Assembly (NCBI GenBank): GCA_964016885.1
Contig: OZ024745.1
Span: forward strand, 37,448,001 to 37,512,000
Length of the DNA: 64,000 nt
From: Eledone cirrhosa
Taxonomy: Eukaryota
Direction of reading: 5' to 3'
The position numbers were made by a program, and so were the translations under genes. Shown in pieces: positions 14,075 to 26,720 of this stretch (positions within the stretch are counted from its first letter, which is position 1; the number at the start of each line of letters is the position of its first letter). The notes under the pieces were generated by a model. The model had not been told where the DNA came from. It worked only from the letters and a program-made list of their open reading frames with translations, and made no database searches.

Positions 14075-14108
14075 CAGACGAAGTTGTAGATGTGCAACGA
14101 AAGAACTT
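14075..14108 (+). ncRNA. Degenerate hammerhead in PLE 3' terminal repeat
   Basis: CAGACGA-a-gttg(tagatgtg)caac-GAAA-gaac-TT. U4 is replaced by A and stem I is not evident. Positionally homologous to 11481-11522. Confidence 0.5.
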
Positions 14109-14574
14109 TATATATGTGTTTGTGTCTATATTGTATCTGTATTTTTGACCGTTGGTCAGTCAATGGCAACATTGAGGACCGAATAAATTAAATTAACCGT
14201 TATAAAAGACACAGAAACGAAAAGCGAAAACCAATCAATCAGTGAGTGTGTTATGTTATTAATTCTGGCAATATTAGACAAATATGACCCTCCCCAAGTA
14301 TAACAATATATATATATATAAACGGAAAAAATGAAACGAAATTTCATTTCCCACTCTTAGTACGGCTGTTGCTTAAATATAAGTATGTATACATACATAT
14401 ATGTATACATACGTAGTATGTATATATATATACATGCACACATATATATATTACGTATGGATTCACCGAACATTTATTATAATGCTCGGTGTGTTTGTAA
14501 ACAAACATCCCGTATTAAGGCGTAGTGTCTAGCAACCATCGTTGTTCGTTTGTTCAACACTGACAAACGAACGC

Positions 14575-14609
14575 TGTACTAGTTTCAAGCTTATTAGCTA
14601 TCGTCAGCA
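14575..14609 (-). ncRNA. Minimal hammerhead ribozyme motif in a ~230-bp TA-flanked element (about 14450-14680)
   Basis: Minus strand tg-CTGACGA-t-agct(aata)agct-t-GAAA-ctag-TA-ca. Palindromic ACTAGT stem III region; stem I only 2 bp. Confidence 0.6.
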
Positions 14610-14700
14610 TATATATACCTTCCTGCCAGATGATTGAACGTCTGAAAGTATATACTTCCCTTATGCATATTAACGGCTGATATATATATATATATATATA

Positions 14701-14781
<81 letters not shown>

Positions 14782-14818
14782 GTATATATGCATGTATATA
14801 TATGTAGCTAAATATATA

Positions 14819-14905
<87 letters not shown>

Positions 14906-14940
14906 CTATATATATATATACACCTATATATATATATATA

Positions 14941-15020
14941 TACCCACTCTACTACCATAAGTATTGAGTACTCTGGTGCGTTATGGTCCACCTGGTTCCT
15001 TACCACACCTCCTTCGTTAT
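14941..15020 (-). mobile_element. Palindrome-ended element family, copy 2 (hairpin absent)
   Basis: Reverse complement of the 11168-11245 body, flanked by TA repeats. Confidence 0.85.
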
Positions 15021-15041
15021 GTATATATATATATATACACC

Positions 15042-15076
<35 letters not shown>

Positions 15077-15346
15077 AAATATAGAGAAAGATGGATTGTG
15101 ATAGATATGTTTCTTTATTAGCCACAGGGGCACAAAAGAAGGGGACAAATACAAAGGGGGAAGTTTACATACAATAAAAACGTGTAAAATATTATCACAA
15201 ATGCAATTTAAAAATTAGTCGATTTTCCCCAATAGGGGGAGACATTAGATATGGGTAACACATACCCCCGAAAAAAATGTGCAACCCTCATCTCCAGGAG
15301 TACGAAGAGTTTGTACTCCTTTCCTCTCCTCCTCTTTTTCCTCAAC

Positions 15347-16731
15347 CTACAGGCTGATATAGAGAAAAGGCCCATTAACTCGGGCCATTCTCGCCACTTT
15401 CACCCACCTTTCATAAAACTTGCTCGGGTACAGCACCTCTCTCACCATCCTGATTCTTCTTCCAAAGTGGTATTTGAAAAAAAGAATCAGTTGTTGGCCG
15501 GAGAGAAAGGTGTCTGACCTCAGCCCTTTCAACCTTGTCCACCATACAACCACTTTCGCCATAGCTATCACACAAAGGAAAACCGCCTCTCCTTCGTTTT
15601 TGATGGTGGGTGGCGGTTTGATCATGATAATGGACTCGGTGGTCAACCGGATTGGTCCCACCCGCGACAATAGTCGTTCTACATAGCCCCACAGGTCGGT
15701 GACGCCCGGGCAGTGTATGAATGCGTGCGCGACGGTTTCTTCGTCTCGCACGCACCTCGGACAGATCTTTTTTGCAGGGTCCCTGTCGGGGCTCCCATGT
15801 CTGTAGAGCTTGTCTCGAACTGGTAGAGCTCCTCGGTAGCACTGCCAGGCCAGGGACTTTTGGAAGTTATCCATCGGTCCCGGGCGGAAGGTCCTACCGA
15901 ACAAACTGGTCAATTCGACTTCCTCTACGCCCAGAGTTTCACCGAGCGCGTCGTCGCACTTGCTGCGGATCAACCCTCTATAGAATGACGAAGTGGAGTC
16001 TCCACTGATCGCCGGGTCCGCCTGCCAGAGGGCTGTGAGCGCCTGAGCACATTCGATGTGCCAGTCGCCCATTTTCCTCGGTCTTGCTTGGCCCAGGACT
16101 GCAGCTCGGTCAGCAAGACGAGTCGTGGGAAGGCTCCCCTCACGAACGGGGCCCACACCGGTTGTCCGGTGAGGAATACGTAGAAATGCCGCAGCCCGAG
16201 GGCGTGTTTGCGCATCGTCAGTTACGGCATCCCCAGCCCTCCGTTGGAAGGGTGTTGGCAGCAGATGGATCTTCTCACCAAAGGAGCCCGCCTCTTCCAA
16301 AGGAATTGGAAGAGCGCGCGCTCCATTTTGACGAACATTTTGGCTGGACAAGGCACGACGGTCAAGCGGTAGTAGAAGGCGGTTGCTATAAAAGTGTTCG
16401 CCACCTCCGCTCGACCTTTCAATGATAGTTTGCATTCGGCCTACTTCTGGGTGAGTGCAAACACCTTGGCCGACACCTCGTTCCAGTTTTTCTCCACCTG
16501 GAGGTCCGGACCAAACCAGACCCGAGCAGCTTTACCGGTCCTTCCGTCCAGCGTCCGACGACGCCATCGGAAGGCATCGGTCTGCCTCTCCACGATCTGA
16601 GTTGCAAACCGATGGACTTGTCCCGGTTCAGCTTCGCTCCTGTGAACCTTTCGTATTCCTTCAGTAAGGTGCCGACTTCCTCGATTTGCGAGGCGCTCGA
16701 CACCATTACTGTCACGTTGTCGGCGTATATG
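15347..16731 (-). pseudogene. LINE ORF2 C-terminal part (RT from the YADD motif, plus zinc-binding domain)
   Basis: YADNVTV...YERFTGAKLNRDKS, VWFGPD, LKGRAEVANTFI...FLWK...GGLGMP and CPRC...ETVAHAFIHC, spread over several frames. Confidence 0.88.
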
Positions 16732-17838
16732 TCTTTTCTTCTTTCTTTTCGAACGGAGAGGCTCTCCCTCTTCGTCACTTGGTGAGGATGTGGGGGCCTC
16801 GTCCGTTGTGGTGTCTGTGTTATTTGGAAGGGGTATGTTTTGGGGAGCTGTTGTGTTTGTGGGTGTTTTTGCAGTGGTTTTAGGTGGAGTGGGGCTGGGT
16901 GGGACTGTGCTTGCAGGCTGGTTTGTTGTTCTTGTTTTGGTTGTGTTTGCGTGTTGTTGTTGTTGTTGTGGTGGTGGTGGTGGTGGTGGTGGTAGTGGTG
17001 GTGGTGGTTGTGTTGTTGTTTTGGGTGTTGGCATAGTGCCTCTTTTTTTTTTTTAGTTAACTGAGGACAGTAAGCCTTCAGGTGACCACTGCTTAAACAG
17101 TGGTAACATGGAGGCCGCCTACCCCCAACAGAAATGTTTATGTGTGAAATTCCATCCAGAGGCACACGTTAGGGTATTTTAGCTATCCGTTCTGGCCTCA
17201 TTTTGACCAGAACTTCCATACTTGTACCATTGAATGTGCCTCTGGAGGACTTTCCCATCGAAATCGATGAAGCCAGTTAGAATCCACCAGACGTTTACAT
17301 TTGGTGCAATGTTCGAAATTTTTATTTTTGTGTCCTTTTTCCCATATATGTGGGGAAAAAGGTGTAAAGGGGGGACACAATCGGTGATACAGAATATTTT
17401 TGTGCTGTCAATTGGTCTTTCAACAACACCGAAATGCTTCCAAAAAGTTTCCCTTTTTGGATGAAGGCAATATCCTTCATGGAATTCTTCAGAACCAGTT
17501 CAATATTGTTTTGGGATAATTGAACTGGTTTTTTCGACACATTTGAAACCGTCCTAAAAATTACTGTTTTTAGAACAGTTTCTCTGCGTAACTGTTGAGG
17601 AGAAGTGATGCTGAAAGCACCACTCTCACCAAAAGTTACGTACTGTTTTGCATCGCTTAACATTTCCTTAGCATTGGAAATGTCAAGGTATGTGAACAGT
17701 TCCGTCTTTTGGACGGTTTGAGCAAAGGAAATCTTTTCCTTGTTCGTGGAGTTGTTCGTGTTGTTGGTGGTGTCGTTGTTATCATTGTTGCTGTTGTTGT
17801 TGTTCTTGTTGTCATTATTGTTGTTGTTGCTGTTGTCG

Positions 17839-17887
<49 letters not shown>

Positions 17888-17960
17888 GGTTGGTGTTGTT
17901 TATATTTTGCATATTATTGGTGTTTGTGTTAGTGTTGATGTTACAATCAACGTCCGACAT
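16732..17960 (-). pseudogene. LINE ORF1 remnant (gag-like, CCHC zinc knuckle)
   Basis: PPCYHCLSSGHLKAYC at 17067-17108, SFAQ motif after a poly-Asn tract, Pro/Thr-rich C-terminus, frameshifts. Confidence 0.7.
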
Positions 17961-18315
17961 CGTGTTTTCAAAACTGACGACATTTTCGATGTCTTTCAAT
18001 AGATAAATAAATAGGCTACGATAAGTAAGGAAGGGGCGATGTGTAAAGGTGAATAAGAGAGGAAAAGGGAAGTTGAAGTAGAAATCTTTTGTTAGTTTAC
18101 TAGTCGATAACATCCTATGTTAAAACAGTTCTGGCTACACCAGGTGAAATTTGGGATTAAACAATTTAATTGCATGTGTTGTGTGTGTATGTGTATGTGT
18201 ATGTGTACGTGTGTGTGTGTGTGTGTATGTGTTGCATGTATATGTGCATATGACACACACACACATATATACACAAACTCATATAAACATTGAATACTTC
18301 CAAGAGGAAAACAGA

Positions 18316-18421
<106 letters not shown>

Positions 18422-18462
18422 AACCTTGTCACTCTGTAAATATGTAAATATATATAATACAA

Positions 18463-18503
<41 letters not shown>

Positions 18504-18662
18504 CTTCAAAATATTAATAAATATAGACATTCATGTGATAAAATATATTTTATTATACATATTTCAGAGATACTGAGCTATTTCAACAGTACGTCCTCAT
18601 CAGATAAAATAAGTTGATGCTTGACATACCTTGACTATGTTGATGGTTATAATTTAGTCATG

Positions 18663-18707
<45 letters not shown>

Positions 18708-18709
<2 letters not shown>

Positions 18710-19080
18710 ATAAGGGTTGACGGACCCAGCATATTTATCAGTGCCAGTACCGGTTGTATCTCAGCGCACTCAAAAGGCAATGTAAGATACATTACCAGAG
18801 TATACACATAGTTATTTGCCTCAACACAACACACGTAAAACGGGTGCCTATAAGGTTCCCGGACTCGAGTTTCTGCCGCACTAATGCAGCAGTAATGTGC
18901 ACTGCACCATCTGTCTGCATATATTATGCAACAATGCACAATCGGCTTATGCGGCTTCATCAGCGGGTATCGCATAATCAATAACCAATCGATCGACATA
19001 ATCTAAACACCGGCCCGTGCCGGTCATGACTGTTTGTGACAACCGACACGGTAAAGCGATTAACTGGCAACTGATAGGAC
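18708..19080 (-). mobile_element. Solo PLE-type terminal repeat carrying the hammerhead
   Basis: GC-richer island whose downstream end runs into (TA)n at about 18665-18707. The upstream boundary is uncertain. Confidence 0.5.
18858..18967 (-). ncRNA. Type I hammerhead ribozyme with large branched stem II insert
   Basis: Minus strand cccg-CTGATGA-a-gccgca...tgcggc-a-GAAA-c(tcga)g-TC-cggg. Intact core, GUC cleavage triplet, 4-bp GC stem I, palindromic ACTCGAGT stem III. Confidence 0.8.
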
Positions 19081-19695
19081 TCTATCTCTCAACTAGCCAC
19101 TGATTTACAAATTTTACGTGGGGACGGGAAGCTAAAAAGAATCAATCTATTAGTTCCTGTCAGAAGGATTCAGCCAACGTGTCTCACACACAAATTATCA
19201 AGGGGTGAAAAGATGGCTATTAGAAATAGCAGTTCACATTGATATAAAATAGAATGGTAGCATTCGGTTCATATCTCCAAGCCCCATGGCTAGAGGAAAG
19301 CCATGGTAACAATAGTAGTGCCAAGAACCTTTAAAGGACTTTAAATGCGATCATACATATATATGTATACATCGCCTCTATTAGCAACATACAACAACCT
19401 ACCACACCTCAACCATTACTACCACAACTGGAATAGCTACCAATTCCAATATATATATATGGGGGGGGGGGGGGAGTGTATACAGGATATCCGTAAATAA
19501 AAGGCCAAGGAAAACAATGCGCATTCTATTGTAAGAAATCTTATTTACTACATTTAAATTTCTTTGCTCTTAAAATGTATGCACGGCCTTAGGTGTTGGG
19601 TCTAGTTATGTCTACCACTGAAGGAACCGTTTGAAAACTGGCCTATCATCGAGATAAATGTTAAGTGTATGAAATTTTAAATATATATATATATA

Positions 19696-19770
<75 letters not shown>

Positions 19771-20661
19771 TACTCAGTATAATTCCAACGTCTCATTACT
19801 TGAGATTGCCTCCTCTTACAGAAGACTAACAGTTTTTTTTTTAACTTTGCCTTTTTATAGATATTGTAGAAATGGCAACAAAATACCTCTCAAATTACAT
19901 ACTAAATCTTTGAAAAATATGGCCCTGTACTCCAGTAAAAAGACAGTTGTTCGTGGATGGAATGCTTTTATTAAAAATCTGAGCGATCAAGGCTGATGTC
20001 GTGTTTAACAAGTATTAGAAAACACAAACATCTAACACACATACTATTGATGGGATGTCCGTCGATGTTGATGATGATCATCCATGCGTTCGATTAATTG
20101 AATTATCGTGAAATCAACGTGTTAGTGGGTGAATATTCCAAATTCCACATTTCTCGTGTCTTATCAACGTTAGACAATATTACAAGTTTAGACATTCAAG
20201 TACAATCCAGAGAGAGAGAGAGAGAGGGTGAATAATCCACACCTGTATTAAGATAGTAGTTTATTTAACGACTCACAAATAATGAAAGGTGAAACTTTTT
20301 GACGCAATGATTGATAAACCAGACTCTTCGAATCACAGATACAGTCCTTTGAAACTATTTCCGTTTATCCAAATTCACTCATAAGGTTTCGTTGTCAAGA
20401 GGTTATCATAAAAGTCTCTAGATGCCATAGAATGGAGGTGAACCCGGAAGGCCATGATTGTAAAGTAAAAATGTTAACCATATGGCCATCCATCTGTGTG
20501 TCCCAAACTCCTGATGGAGTCATGGGATAATCATCGTGATATATAACGTGACGCCCTTAAGCATTTAAACCTTTTTTAAGACGCCGCTTTGAACTCACCC
20601 TACTTCTTTCAGTGAGAGAGAGGTGGAAGGGAGGGAAAGGGACAGACAGAAATAGAAAGAT

Positions 20662-20715
<54 letters not shown>

Positions 20716-21629
20716 CCAGTACTGCAAGGCAATTCATTTATTGAGGTCGAAAGGATAAAGGCAAAGTTGACCTCAGTGGGATTTGTTACGCGAACCATTC
20801 TATCCAAAGCGCTAACAACTCTACTCCTTCGCCACCTTATAATAGTGTTTTGTTAATACAGAAATCAAAATAAAATGTTTCTTTGCAATGAAGTGTTACG
20901 AGTCATTTAACATCTTACCGCAAACTTTTGGTTTGTTTTTCTCATCTTCTAGCTTGTACCCTCCAGATGCTTTACTAACCAACATAGTTTATCTATCGGT
21001 TGCTTCTTTCCCGTGGCAAAGATTTTACACAATTTTAATTAATTATCCGCGTGATTTACGTTCAGATAATTCAAATATATGACATTCACACGCTTTCCTT
21101 TGACATTTTATATCTGCAGCTGATCTTGCTATTTCGTTTCATATAGTATTTGCTACCTTAATAAATATTCTGTTACAATTACTATTCCTCCATCATCCAT
21201 ATATGTTTACATGTTGTTGTTGTAGTTTTTGCTTATTCCAAGGTTGCCCTCGACTGAGCAGACGTATGGACCATCCTTCATTTATCTGGAGCATTGCGTA
21301 TCTAGGCGTGCTCGGTGTTAGATTTAATCTGTCGCCCGGTTTAACACTACTACGTATCACTTGAATGCCTTTAGCGAAGGCAACTTAATTGCGTATTTTC
21401 AAACCCGCGTTTCTCAAGGGTTACCAAAAGAGTTATGGACACTGTTCTGCTCTCCCAGATAAAACAGTGAAAAAAATACAATGTGTCCTTCTTTTCTAAT
21501 ACGGTAGGGTGTGATTTTAGTGAGATTTATCTGCTGTTTCTAGCATATCGATAAATCATGGTAAGGCTGCCTTGTTGGCTCGCTCAGTTCATTTTCATAG
21601 CACATAATGTTATTTAACATGCTTAATGT

Positions 21630-21726
<97 letters not shown>

Positions 21727-24389
21727 CACACACTCTCTATCTATCTCTCCCTCTCTCTCTGTGCGTGTGTATATGCAAGTTTCTATTGCAGTTGATTTAC
21801 TTATATGATAATAAAGAAACTTCTATTAAAAGGCATAAAAATGAATTATATAATGTAATCAATACTGCGCATTTAATACAAAGACTTTAGGTTTCCATCC
21901 AAATGTGTATGTAACCAAACTGCAGTCGCTGTCTTCTTTTCCAAATTACGAAGTCAGACGAAATAAAACACCATACTTCAAAGAATTCTTAATAAGAAAT
22001 ATTATAGCGAGAAATATAAAGGAGACAGCCAAAACAGTTGCTTTGATCTTGGTTTGTTAATCAACGAAATTATAGATAATTTTTATTCGTGCAATGAACG
22101 TAATCTGAGATTCAAACGTTAGTATGCTATATAATATGCAGAGAAAGGCCAATGTTGACACTATTATTATATCTTCCCCAGAAAGATATACCACGTTACT
22201 TAATCATCAAACATTTCATTTTATTTTATAAAACCCCATTCAAGAGATCATTCTAGAAACATACCTCATTAGTTTCGCCATTCCACAAGAACTAACTACA
22301 AAATCAACACCTATCAAACAATCTCTTCTTAAAAATAACGAGAAGTCATAACTTCTATTGTGCCAATGTTAATTTCCAATTTACTTGTATGGACAGTACT
22401 ATAATAAGATATTTGCCATGATGGTTAAAAAGGAAATAAGCCGATCGTCAAATCGGACAGAGGAAACTATGTTTCCGTTGATCTTTCCATTGCTGATACT
22501 ATCAGCCGGTAGCAAATCCGGGCGGAAGGATCAGACACCTCAAAACATTGTGTCCAACTCTGTACCAATTCTGCTAAACCACCACCCCTGTTCTGATACT
22601 TTATACTGAGATCGAAGAGAGCCAGAAAAAATACCAAGATATTTTAAGCTGGCGCTATAACAATTCTGCTAATTCCCCGCTTATGATGGTTAAACAATAG
22701 AGATACTTACAAATACAGATTCTTACAAATAGATACACTTACACACATACAAACGCATATTAATGTGGATATTAGTAGACAGGAAGCTCGAGTTTGGTCA
22801 TATATAATCAAGCACCGAGATGAATGATTTATGAGGTTTCTGTCATTAGATGTATTCTTTTTGTTTGTGAATCGGACTACCTATGAAAGACACGCGAGAC
22901 CGTATAAACATTTTCACAAGAATTGTCGAAGATATTTATTAGGTATGACTTAAAAGATTCTGATACCTCTGGATGGAATTACTAGAGCAATCAAAAATTC
23001 TGAGTGCCAAGATATGTCTCATAAAAGCTACATGGAGATGAGCTAGTCATGTATCAAGGCTAAATGATTTTGAACACAAATCGCAGAGAGCGGGAATAAC
23101 AATCCGTCATTCAAATGACACTACCACGTTGACAGCACTAGTAGATATGGCTTTATAATAATCATACTATGTCGCAAAGAAGCGAAAGTCACTGAGAAGT
23201 TATCAAGTTTTGAAAATGCTATACCATTAAAAATGTTTTCTTGAGAACATATATTTACTCTTTTGTGTAGGCCTCCACAACGAAGCATTACTTTTGTGTT
23301 TCAAGGTTTTAACGAAATAAATCTTTGAAATCTTAAGAAATACGCAAACATGAAATAAGACAGAATAAAATAAAATAAATCAAACACTGATTATAATCGT
23401 TTTAGAGTTTTATGTTGTGAAATTCCATTACTGCTGAGAAAATCAAGAATGTTATTGAATCAGATAGTTGACAGAGATTTTAAAACAAAATACATTAACA
23501 GATCAGTATCAATTTTACTTCTATTCAACTCAGCTCAGCTCTGCTAATAAACTTATTGTCGACAGCGTCGTAAATCTGAGGTAACCTGAGTCAACGTCAC
23601 GGTTTCAAGTTTTACTAGTAATCATTTCACTTCACTAGCACACACAGAGCTAATAATCTTCAAAAACATAACAACGTCACATGTCCTATTTCCCATTCAT
23701 TTACTGCTGTTGTTGTTATTATTGTTATTATTATTGTTGTTGTTGTTGTAGTTATTATTATTACTACATACCCGGAGCCCTGCTCATTCTGAAAAGGAAT
23801 TGTTATCGGCTTATTTGACTCAAAGAAGTGTGATAAATAAGATTGAAACATCAAGTAGCTCCATTTTCTGCTTGATCTTTTGTAAGTCAACGGGCGATTA
23901 GGTCTATTGATTTGAAGAGAATGAATATTGTTAGTTGATACATTCATATATTTCTACAGAGCAGTAATAACGTAATTCAAGTGGAACATAGTGGAACATT
24001 TGAATTAACTGGGAATCTGACAGGATTCGGAATATTTACTGACGCACCTCATCACTGGACCATGTGTAGGATGTATAGAGTGTGTGGACATGTATGGAGC
24101 TGTGTGATAAGGTTAGTGATACATGGACTAGGGCTTTCTTTCCAGGAGAGATATTGCCTAAAGTAGAAAGACTTTGATTTCTTTCTATATTTGTTATGTG
24201 AAAAACAGAAACGTTTATTTTGGACATTACACAGGATGTAGTTGATGATATTGTCGTAATTTAGCCCGAAGTCACGTTATTGACCAGACTTATCGAATAA
24301 AGGCGCACCAACCGAGACCATCGAATATGTTATGCAGTAATATATATGTGAGTGTGTTTATATATATATATATATAAAGGGAGAGCGAG

Positions 24390-24432
<43 letters not shown>

Positions 24433-24449
24433 TAAAGAGATTGATAAAT

Positions 24450-24515
24450 TTCTTTATTAGCCACAAGGGCACAAAAGAAGGGGATAAATACAAATGGGGA
24501 GTTTACATACAGGTA
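24450..24515 (-). mobile_element. Extreme 3' end of the L1/Tx1 family at 15.1 kb
   Basis: tttctttattagccacaagggcacaaaagaagggga.aaatacaaa.gggga.tttacatac is nearly identical to 15110-15171. Confidence 0.8.
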
Positions 24516-24610
24516 TATGAAAATAAAACTATTAATACAATGGATAAAGAGATTGATAGATTGATAGATACATACATAAGTACGTACATATATATATATA
24601 TATATATATA

Positions 24611-24786
24611 TAACGGAGGAAGTGTGGTAAGGAACCATGTGGACCATAAAGCACCAGAGTACTCAATACTTTGGGTAGTAGAGTGGGTAATAGGAAAATG
24701 TTCAAGAACCCGATGGCAGAGCTCAAGCCGTTTCGACGGTTATTTCTGGTCTTGAGCTCTGCCGTCGGGGTCTTGAACATTTTCCT
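24611..24786 (+). mobile_element. Palindrome-ended element family, copy 3
   Basis: Same body. 36-bp arms at 24692-24727 and 24751-24786 with 2 mismatches. Confidence 0.85.
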
Positions 24787-24802
24787 GTATATATATATAA
24801 AT

Positions 24803-25283
24803 AAATAGTGAAAACAATGAAATTAAACAAAAAAACGGTTAATTCATAGTAAAACTCATTATTTTACGATCGTTTCTGGGGGGTAGTTCCCCGTATGTCC
24901 ATTCTATTATTGATCTATGTAAAATATATTACAAATTATCATAGTAAGAAAATATACATACGTCCTCTCTACCCGCCGTCTTCAGAAAATTTTCTGAAGA
25001 CGGCGGTTAGAGAGGACGTATGTATATTTTCCCCCAGAAACGATCGTAAAATAATGAGTTTTACTATGAATTAACCCCGTTTTTTGTTTAATTTCATTGT
25101 TTTCACTATTTGTATTTTTGACTCTGTATCCAATGAATTATATCGTTTAAATTTTGTATTTTAAACTTTGCCTCACGACATCTACATACGGATTACATTG
25201 AGTTCTTCATACGGCTTAGACCCTACCATTAATTGGTGGATTTATCTGTATATATATATATATATACAGATAAATCCACCAAT
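24803..25283. mobile_element. Fold-back PLE-type terminal repeat with two oppositely oriented hammerhead motifs
   Basis: Inverted repeat 24803-25111 centred on cagaaaattttctg. CTGAAGA...GAAA-c(gatc)g-TA is present on both strands. Terminal palindrome at 25232-25283. Confidence 0.75.
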
Positions 25284-26398
25284 ATATATATATATATATA
25301 TATAACTTCACTATTCAATATTTTTATAAAGGTTGTTGAGTACGATTTGAAGCAAATGGTTACTTTTTCCACTTATTCGATCAACGGATCAGACATTTCA
25401 TAAAAGTAACATACAAAGCTGGCTGGCTCTTTTAATTACAGGTACACTCTATGTATTGGGTTTCCAAACGATCTGCCTCCACCTAATTTCACTCACAAAA
25501 CTTGGGGCCATTCGAAGTTATAGTAAATAATATTTGAACGTCTTAATCATTTGATCATGCTGTGACCACAACAGATAAATAGATGCTTATAATACAACAT
25601 AAATCAAACAATGACAAGGTTTTATAAGTTCGAATAGTTTTATTATATATACGTATATTTCTATATAATAAATTAAATTTATTCGAAGCTGAGATTATAT
25701 ATCTTAGTAATAAATTATTATTCAAAGCTGATACAAAATTCTTGCAAGTTCATGGTAAAGTCGACTAAAATTATATAGAATTACATAGAAGTATGTATTT
25801 CTAAAAACAAATAGAAATCTGTCACAGATATTTACTGAACTAAGATACTTAAATTATTGATCGTCATTTTCTTTTATGTTCGAAGTTTCTTGTAGAAAAG
25901 AAATCAAGAAAGAAAACTGAATATAGAAACAAACAAAATTAAAGAAATAGAAACAAAAATCCGATAAAAATGATATTACAAATGATAATAAAACAATAAG
26001 CAAATAACAAAAAAAAAAAACATATCCATTCTAATTTACATAGTATTTCTAATAGATGCATTATGAATAATTTTTTTTCAAAGATATTCCAGTAAAACAA
26101 AGATTGAATCGATACAAATATTTGAAAATTGAAATCAAGAAAATCTGAGTAACCGAGACTTGCCTGTAATTGATACTTTCAATATGATATCGAAATAAAT
26201 AAATAAATGAAAAACTGTTTGTTTCCAACAAATCGGAAAGTAAATATACTTTTAAATCTTTAACCCATGGGAGGATATCATTAATATCATATGGAATCGG
26301 GTAGCTGCAGTCATCCGTGTAAACGGTCGGGCTAATTATTTACAAAACGAAAGGAATATACAGCAACAATATATAATAATAATAATAATAATAATAAT

Positions 26399-26720
26399 TC
26401 TTCTTCTTTTTCTTCTTCTTCTTCTTGAGAGGGCGTGAAAGCAGACTCCTCAAACACTCCTTCCAGCGGATCCTGTCAGAAGCAACCTTCTCCAACTGAT
26501 CCGGCTGGATCACCAAGCGAGACCAGCTAAGTTTATGGGTGTTAACCAACCATCTCGCTAGAGGTCTACCACTGGGTCTCCTGTCGGTTGGTTTAGCCCG
26601 TAAAATCTGCCCAGCGATTCTTTCGTGAAACCTTCTAACCGGAGATTTGATCTCTCAATTCGGAGAAGTAGAGGCTCTAACTGGAGTGACTCACTGATCT
26701 CCGAGCCACGCACACTAACG
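26399..26720 (-). mobile_element. RTE-clade (Expander/Rex3-like) LINE 3' end
   Basis: VRGSEISESLQLEPLLLRIERSNLR peptide and a (GAA)n tail. Confidence 0.75.

Larger units (their letters stand above)
11835..14310 (+). mobile_element. Penelope-like retroelement (RT + C-terminal GIY-YIG), 5'-truncated, frameshifted, inserted in (TA)n
   Basis: RT motifs YGLRKD, RPVC, SMDVVSLYPSI, GAAIG, RYVDD and LPVLD, then a GIY-YIG domain, then a 3' repeat with a degenerate hammerhead. TA tracts on both sides. Confidence 0.93.
15097..18120 (-). mobile_element. L1/Tx1-type LINE, internally deleted
   Basis: ORF1 remnant with CCHC knuckle, RT C-terminal half, C-terminal zinc motif, and a 3' UTR ending gctaataaagaaacatatctatc. 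Confidence 0.88.
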
